From Eledone cirrhosa (lineage: Eukaryota): a stretch of 33,935 nt of DNA. The notes under the pieces were generated by a model. The model had not been told where the DNA came from. It did not search any database and worked only from the letters and a program-made list of their open reading frames with translations. The stretch spans positions 1 through 33,935 of the forward strand of contig CAXHJY010000025.1 of the NCBI GenBank assembly GCA_964016885.1. Reading direction: 5' to 3'. The position numbers were made by a program, and so were the translations under genes. This document shows positions 26,001 to 33,935 of the stretch, piece by piece (the first letter of the stretch is position 1; every line of letters starts with the position of its first letter).

Positions 26001-26290
26001 CCTGTGTCAGTGTTGAACAAAAAGGTGACGTGGTTGCCTTAACACCGTATGGCATAAATTCAGGCTGTTCAGTTTGTTTACAAACGAACAAAGCGACGTT
26101 AGCGCCGCTAAACTGATACGTGCATATATGTATGTGTACCTGTATGCATATGTATATATATATATATATGTGCATGCTACTGTACGTCTGTATACATATA
26201 TGTATGTACGTATACATGCATACTTACATTTAAGTAAGTGCCATACTAAGAGTGAGAAATGAAATTTCGTTTTCATTTTGTTTCAATTTA

Positions 26291-27108
<818 letters not shown>

Positions 27109-27238
27109 CATATGTGAATATAGACATAGAATATTCGAAAATATTCTGTATGTTTATAATAAACATTTTGAAGACCTAATCGCTATAGAATAGAATACGT
27201 CACGTATTACAATTAGATTCTCGATAAAAGCAAGGGAA

Positions 27239-27281
27239 GTAATCTACGCGTTTCATTCTCGTTAGAAATCATCAGGACTAC
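27239..27281 (-). ncRNA. Type I hammerhead ribozyme, 310 family (second minus copy at 27549-27591)
   Basis: Reverse complement of the 27922-27964 motif. Confidence 0.88.
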
Positions 27282-27921
27282 ATATCCAGTGCTTTTATCG
27301 AGAATGACACAGCTAGAGACTTATAGAATACTTAGCTGTGTACAGGAACTGGTTTGAAAGAGCGGTTGCCGGTCCGGCAGAAATTAGAAATTGGAATAAA
27401 TGCTCTGAAATAGCGATATATATGTGAATATAGACATAGAATATTCGAAAATATTCTGTATGTTTATAATAAACATTTTGAAGACCTAATCGCTATAGAA
27501 TAGAATACGTCACGTATTACAATTAGATTCTCGATAAAAGCAAGGGAAGTAATCTACGCGTTTCATTCTCGTTAGAAATCATCAGGACTACATATCCAGT
27601 GCTTTTATCGAGAATGACACAGCTAGAGACTTATAGAATACTTAGCTGTGTACAGGAACTGGTTTGAAAGAGCGGTTGCCGGTCCGGCAGAAATTAGAAA
27701 TTGGAATAAATGCTCTGAAATAGCGATATATATGTGAATATAGACATAGAATATTCGAAAATTCTATGTCTATATTCACATATATATCGCTATTTCAGAG
27801 CATTTATTCCAATTTCTAATTTCTGCCGGACCGGCAACCGCTCTTTCAAACCAGTTCCTGTACACAGCTAAGTATTCTATAAGTCTCTAGCTGTGTCATT
27901 CTCGATAAAAGCACTGGATAT

Positions 27922-27964
27922 GTAGTCCTGATGATTTCTAACGAGAATGAAACGCGTAGATTAC
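27922..27964 (+). ncRNA. Type I hammerhead ribozyme, 310 family (further copies start at 28232, 28541, 28852, 29160, 29470, 29782)
   Basis: GUAGUC-CUGAUGA-U UUCU AACG AGAA U-GAAA-CGCG-UA/GAUUAC. 16-bp perfect distal stem at 27898-27913 / 27971-27986. Confidence 0.9.
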
Positions 27965-30038
27965 TTCCCTTGCTTTTATCGAGAATCTAATTGTAATACG
28001 TGACGTATTCTATTCTATAGCGATTAGGTCTTCAAAATGTTTATTATAAACATACAGAATATTTTCGAATATTCTATGTCTATATTCACATATATATCGC
28101 TATTTCAGAGCATTTATTCCAATTTCTAATTTCTGCCGGACCGGCAACCGCTCTTTCAAACCAGTTCCTGTACACAGCTAAGTATTCTATAAGTCTCTAG
28201 CTGTGTCATTCTAGATAAAAGCACTGGATATGTAGTCCTGATGATTTCTAACGAGAATGAAACGCGTAGATTACTTCCCTTGCTTTTATCGAGAATCTAA
28301 TTGTAATACGTGACGTATTCTATTCTATAGCGATTAGGTCTTCAAAATGTTTATTATAAACATACAGAATATTTTCGAATATTCTATGTCTATATTCACA
28401 TATATATCGCTATTTCAGAGCATTTATTCCAATTTCTAATTTCTGCCGGACCGGCAACCGCTCTTTCAAACCAGTTCTGTACACAGCTAAGTATTCTATA
28501 AGTCTCTAGCTGTGTCATTCTCGATAAAAGCACTGGATATGTAGTCCTGATGATTTCTAACGAGAATGAAACGCGTAGATTACTTCCCTTGCTTTTATCG
28601 AGAATCTAATTGTAATACGTGACGTATTCTATTCTATAGCGATTAGGTCTTCAAAATGTTTATTATAAACATACAGAATATTTTCGAATATTCTATGTCT
28701 ATATTCACATATATATCGCTATTTCAGAGCATTTATTCCAATTTCTAATTTCTGCCGGACCGGCAACCGCTCTTTCAAACCAGTTCCTGTACACAGCTAA
28801 GTATTCTATAAGTCTCTAGCTGTGTCATTCTCGATAAAAGCACTGGAATATGTAGTCCTGATGATTTCTAACGAGAATGAAACGCGTAGATTACTTCCCT
28901 TGCTTTTATCGAGAATCTAATTGTAATACGTGACGTATTCTATTCTATAGCGATTAGGTCTTCAAAATGTTTATTATAAACATACAGAATATTTCGAATA
29001 TTCTATGTCTATATTCACATATATATCGCTATTTCAGAGCATTTATTCCAATTTCTAATTTCTGCCGGTCCGGCAACCGCTCTTTCAAACCAGTTCCTGT
29101 ACACAGCTAAGTATTCTATAAGTCTCTAGCTGTGTCATTCTCGATAAAGCACTGGATATGTAGTCCTGATGATTTCTAACGAGAATGAAACGCGTAGATT
29201 ACTTCCCTTGCTTTTATCGAGAATCTAATTGTAATACGTGACGTATTCTATTCTATAGCGATTAGGTCTTCAAAATGTTTATTATAAACATACAGAATAT
29301 TTTCGAATATTCTATGTCTATATTCACATATATATCGCTATTTCAGAGCATTTATTCCAATTTCTAATTTCTGCCGGACCGGCAACCGCTCTTTCAAACC
29401 AGTTCCTGTACACAGCTAAGTATTCTATAAGTCTCTAGCTGTGTCATTCTCGATAAAAGCACTGGATATGTAGTCCTGATGATTTCTAACGAGAATGAAA
29501 CGCGTAGATTACTTCCCTTGCTTTTATCGAGAATCTAATTGTAATACGTGACGTATTCTATTCTATAGCGATTAGGTCTTCAAAATGTTTATTATAAACA
29601 TACAGAATATTTTCGAATATTCTATGTCTATATTCACATATATATCGCTATTTCAGAGCATTTTATTCCAATTTCTAATTTCTGCCGGACCGGCAAACCG
29701 CTCTTTCAAACCAGTTCCTGTACACAGCTAAGTATTCTATAAGTCTCTAGCTGTGTCATTCTCGATAAAAGCACTGGATATGTAGTCCTGATGATTTCTA
29801 ACGAGAATGAAACGCGTAGATTACTTCCCTTGCTTTTATCGAGAATCTAATTGTAATACGTGACGTATTCTATTCTATAGCGATTAGGTCTTCAAAATGT
29901 TTATTATAAACATACAGAATATTTTCGAATATTCTATGTCTATATTCACATATATATCGCTATTTCAGAGCATTTATTCCAATTTCTAATATATACATAT
30001 ATATACATATATACATATATATACATATATACATATAT

Positions 30039-30163
<125 letters not shown>

Positions 30164-30200
30164 CATATATACATATATATACATATATATACATATATAC

Positions 30201-30800
30201 ATGGTGGCTGCCAACTCGTTTTCGAGTACGGCCACTACTTTATATCGATGTAGGAGAACCCCTACTGATGCGCTGAACAAGTGTGACTTTTTAGTCCAGC
30301 CAGCGACTTGAAAACTCTGGTACAAACACTACACTTGTGACAATTATTGACACATAGTGCTAGGCCCATAGTACCATGTGACGACAAGTGCAGAGAGATC
30401 TCCAGATATAAAGCAATGCCTGTGCCCTGAAGCTTTTATAGTGAGCAAAGGCACTGCACAAAGCCAATCCCACTCTCTTAACCAAGATGATATTTACCAA
30501 AAAGAAGAACAAGTCAACATCATTGGATACCATCAGGGTTGCAGGTGTTATATCAGAGTTTTCTTTCTCCTAGATTTCTGCCTTGACAAAGGCTAAGGGG
30601 GTCATCTTTCCCGGTGATTTTGGATGGCCATTGACTCTTAAGAGCGCCTTTGCCCTTTGACAGGTTTTGTTTTTAGTCCTGCAGGATGTCCAAAGTCACC
30701 CTCCTCACACAAGAAACCTTGGTGGGGTTGCCAGTTTAGAGACGCCAACGACCGACCATGAGACAGGTTGTACTGGATGACATGTTACTAGTAACACAAG
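30201..30800 (-). mobile_element. Probable LINE (RTE-type) 5'-region remnant between TA tracts
   Basis: Minus-strand ctaggagaaagaaaactctgat resembles my recollection of RTE 5' UTRs. No coding support. Confidence 0.35.
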
Positions 30801-30802
30801 AA

Positions 30803-31189
30803 CATATATACATATAATTATATCATATATACATATATATATATACATATATATATAAATATATATATATATACTATATATACATATATACATATATATA
30901 CATATATATATATATATACATATATACATATATATAATATATACATATACATATAATCATCATATACTATATGATACATATATACAAATATATACATATA
31001 TACATCTACATATATACATAATATATATACTATAATATATACATATATATATAATACATATATACAGTATACTATATACATATATATATCTATATATATA
31101 CTATATATATATACAATATATACATATGTCATATATATCTATACATGTATATATACAGTAATACATATATATATATTATATATATATAC

Positions 31190-31228
<39 letters not shown>

Positions 31229-31265
31229 TATATGAGAGTATATATAATATATATATATGTATATA

Positions 31266-31296
<31 letters not shown>

Positions 31297-31869
31297 CATA
31301 TATATATGTACATATATATATATACATATATACTATAATATACATATATATACATATATATTATACTACTATATACATATATATATACTATATATAAACA
31401 TATATATCAACATATATTACTTTATATACATATATACATATATATATACTTATATATACATATATATATATACACATATATATACATATACATAGATATC
31501 TATACATATACTATATATACATATATATATATATATACATATATATATGTATATAATATAACATATATATATGTATATACATATATCTATATACATATAT
31601 ACATATATATACATATATACATATATATATACATATATATACACATATATACATATATATACACATATATACATATATATACATATATATACATATATAC
31701 ATATATTATACATTTATATACATATATACATATATATATACTATACATATATACATATATATATATACATATATACATAATATATACATATATACATATA
31801 TATATACATATATACATATATATATATACATATATATATATACATATATATATAACATATATATATATA
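30803..31869. repeat. Degenerate (TA)n/(CATATA)n microsatellite
   Basis: Directly visible. Confidence 0.95.
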
Positions 31870-31899
31870 AGATCAAAAGATGGTTAAATGAGTTCCATG

Positions 31900-31970
31900 T
31901 ATTTTATTATGCGCATTTCAAAAACAAATATCATCATGCAATAACATTTGTGTTTTCATCAGATAAAATA
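31900..31970 (-). ncRNA. Type I hammerhead ribozyme in a putative inverted pLTR
   Basis: UAUUUUAU-CUGAUGA-AAA c ACAAAUGUUAUU gcau GAUGAUAUUUGU u UUU-GAAA-UGCGCA-UA/AUAAAAUA. Confidence 0.85.
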
Positions 31971-32034
31971 GGAAGACATGATATGAAGGTGAAAAACACT
32001 TGTGGATAGTGCAGTTTTAAATCAACATATGAAA

Positions 32035-33104
32035 AGTTGGAAAAAGAATATCTAACTTATCTTCTAATAAAAACATCTTCGATGCTAACGCCAATTACTA
32101 TAATAACGCGCTTTCTAAAGCCGGCTATCCTTATAAAATCAAATATAATAACGAAACAAATTCTAGAAGATCTTACAGTAGAATAATTAATCATGATCAT
32201 TCCAATAACATTAATAAAAGACCTAGATACAAAAACATAATCTGGTATAATGCTCCTTTCTCCATCTCTATTAATAATATTATTCCTAAATTATTCTTTA
32301 GTGCCTTAAATAAATGCTTCCCTCCCTCACATATCTATAGTAAAATATTTAACAAATACACTATAAAATTTTCCTATTCGACATCCTCCAACATTTCCAA
32401 CATTATCTCTAAACACAACAATAAAATACTAAATATTAAATCTCTTCCTTCCAACACTGAATATCATAATAATAGTAATAGTACTCCCGACGTCATTGTA
32501 AACTCTAGGCTAATTTCTGCAAACCCAAATACAACGTCAAACACAACTTCACTAAATGTTCTTAATCCCATTCTAAATCAAGAAACTATTATTCCTATCG
32601 CAAATAACTTCTCCCAATCCAATTCCTTCTATAGATAACACTAGGTGACTCGTTAATAATCTCTCTAATCGCAATTGCAATTGCCCTGCTAAAAATAAAT
32701 GTCCTCCTCAACAACCATTGTCTTGATAAAAACTTAATCTACGAATGTAAAGTTATAACTGACACCAATTCCTTCACCTATTTTGGCTCCACTTCCACCT
32801 CCTTTAAAGCTCGTCTTTATAATCATCATTCGTCTTTTAAATACGCAACTTAAAAGAACCAACACGGCTCTCTCAGAACTCATATGGTCCTGAAAGACAA
32901 AAATATTAAATATAACATCTCTTGGAAAAAGGTTTCTTCTGCTTCTACATACTTGAACAGTTCTCTATCCAAGACTTGCAATCTCTGTCTAAATGAAAAA
33001 TTTACATTATATCTAATTTAGATTCTATAATAAATAGACGCACTGACTTGTTTTCTATCTGCTTGCATAAATTCCACAGATCTTTCCATAAAGTATACAG
33101 CTAA
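32035..33104 (+). pseudogene. 5'-truncated Penelope-like element: RT thumb/linker and C-terminal GIY-YIG endonuclease, frameshifted
   Basis: Manual translation: [103 protein letters not shown]. Confidence 0.88.
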
Positions 33105-33539
33105 TATCCTAAACTTTATCAATTCAGAATCCTTTTCTCAAGGGCACATATATATATATATATACTTCTTTAAAAATATACCCATCTTTCTACCTTATTT
33201 CAAAGTTATTTATTACACATTATATAATACTTGTTACTCATTCTATATCACTCCTATTTATCACTTCCCTTTCTTCCTTTTCCTTTTCTTTTCTTTTTCT
33301 TTTAATTTCTAACCCCCTAATCTGTACCTTTTCTCACTGTGCCTAACATAGAAAACAATTATTACACAATACAATATATTCTTACTTTATATCACCTTGA
33401 AAAAATCCTTCGTAAACATAAACATTTTTTTTGACGTTAGATTATTCATCCTCTATTCATTATTTTTTTCTCACTTTCACTTAACTTATTCATGCTCATC
33501 TCACAATATATCCTTACTTACATTACTTTTGTTTTTTTA

Positions 33540-33713
33540 ATAATACATATCAACATTTTCTTTCCATCGCACATATTATTAAACCTTAAATATTATTCTT
33601 AATACATATTAACATTTTCTTTCCATCGCACATATTATTAAACCCTTAAATATTATTCTTAATACATATTAACAATTTCTTTCATCGCATATATTATTAA
33701 ACCCTTCAATATA
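33540..33713. repeat. ~60-bp tandem repeat, 3 copies, in the putative Penelope 3' UTR
   Basis: taatacatat.aacattttctttccatcgcacatattattaaacc(c)ttaaatattattct three times. Confidence 0.85.
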
Positions 33714-33935
33714 CAAACCTTAACTTTACATTATTTTCTCTTCGTTAATTTTCAAATTCTTTTAATTTATACATTATCTTCCAACGGTTTTTCAACCTCT
33801 CTATGTAAAACAATATATTTTTCTCAGTTATAAAAGCTATCTCTCTCTCCCTCTATCACCCATCTCTCTCCTCCTATCTCATCCTTCCTCATTATACTCC
33901 TCCCCCTCCACTTTTTTCTCTCATCTCCTCCTCCT

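Larger units (their letters stand above)
23596..26290. repeat. 466-bp HHR-containing tandem array (retrozyme-like): ~2.2 units inverted, then ~3.6 units direct, junction at ~24620
   Basis: Period 466 from cores at 25031, 25497 and 25963; near-identical copies; (TA)n on both sides. Confidence 0.95.
27109..29990. repeat. ~310-bp HHR-containing tandem array (retrozyme-like): ~2.1 units inverted, then ~7.2 units direct, centre 27753-27760
   Basis: Period 308-312; copies differ mainly by single-base indels; (TA)n on both sides. Confidence 0.96.

Noticed and set aside
23611-26276. Repeated 66-112 aa ORFs in the 466-bp units
   Set aside because: No domain-like features, partly microsatellite-encoded, and not evidently preserved in the diverged copy.
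27109-29990. CRISPR-like or RNA-gene (5S/snRNA) array
   Set aside because: No variable spacers and no recognisable 5S, tRNA or snRNA sequence.

Overview
AT-rich eukaryotic repeat DNA with no recognisable host gene. The tRNA-derived SINE family and the (TA)n load suggest an octopus-like cephalopod (inference). Nearly all supplied ORFs are (TA)n or repeat artefacts. The main signal is about 20 type I hammerhead ribozyme (HHR) motifs from several sequence families, nearly all in short non-coding elements inserted in (TA)n. Two are near-homogeneous tandem arrays of the animal retrozyme / Penelope pseudo-LTR type: a 466-bp unit at 23.6-26.3 kb and a ~310-bp unit at 27.1-30.0 kb. Each array has an inverted left arm and one HHR per complete unit. 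Their HHRs share an unusual U.U pair at the base of stem II and a palindromic stem III. A decayed Penelope-like GIY-YIG element with an inverted HHR-bearing repeat at 31.9-33.1 kb represents a plausible mobilising family. Also present: a tandem non-autonomous Helitron, decayed R4/Dong-type and RTE LINEs, SINEs with TSDs, and MITEs. All RNA folds were derived by eye and ribozyme activity is untested.
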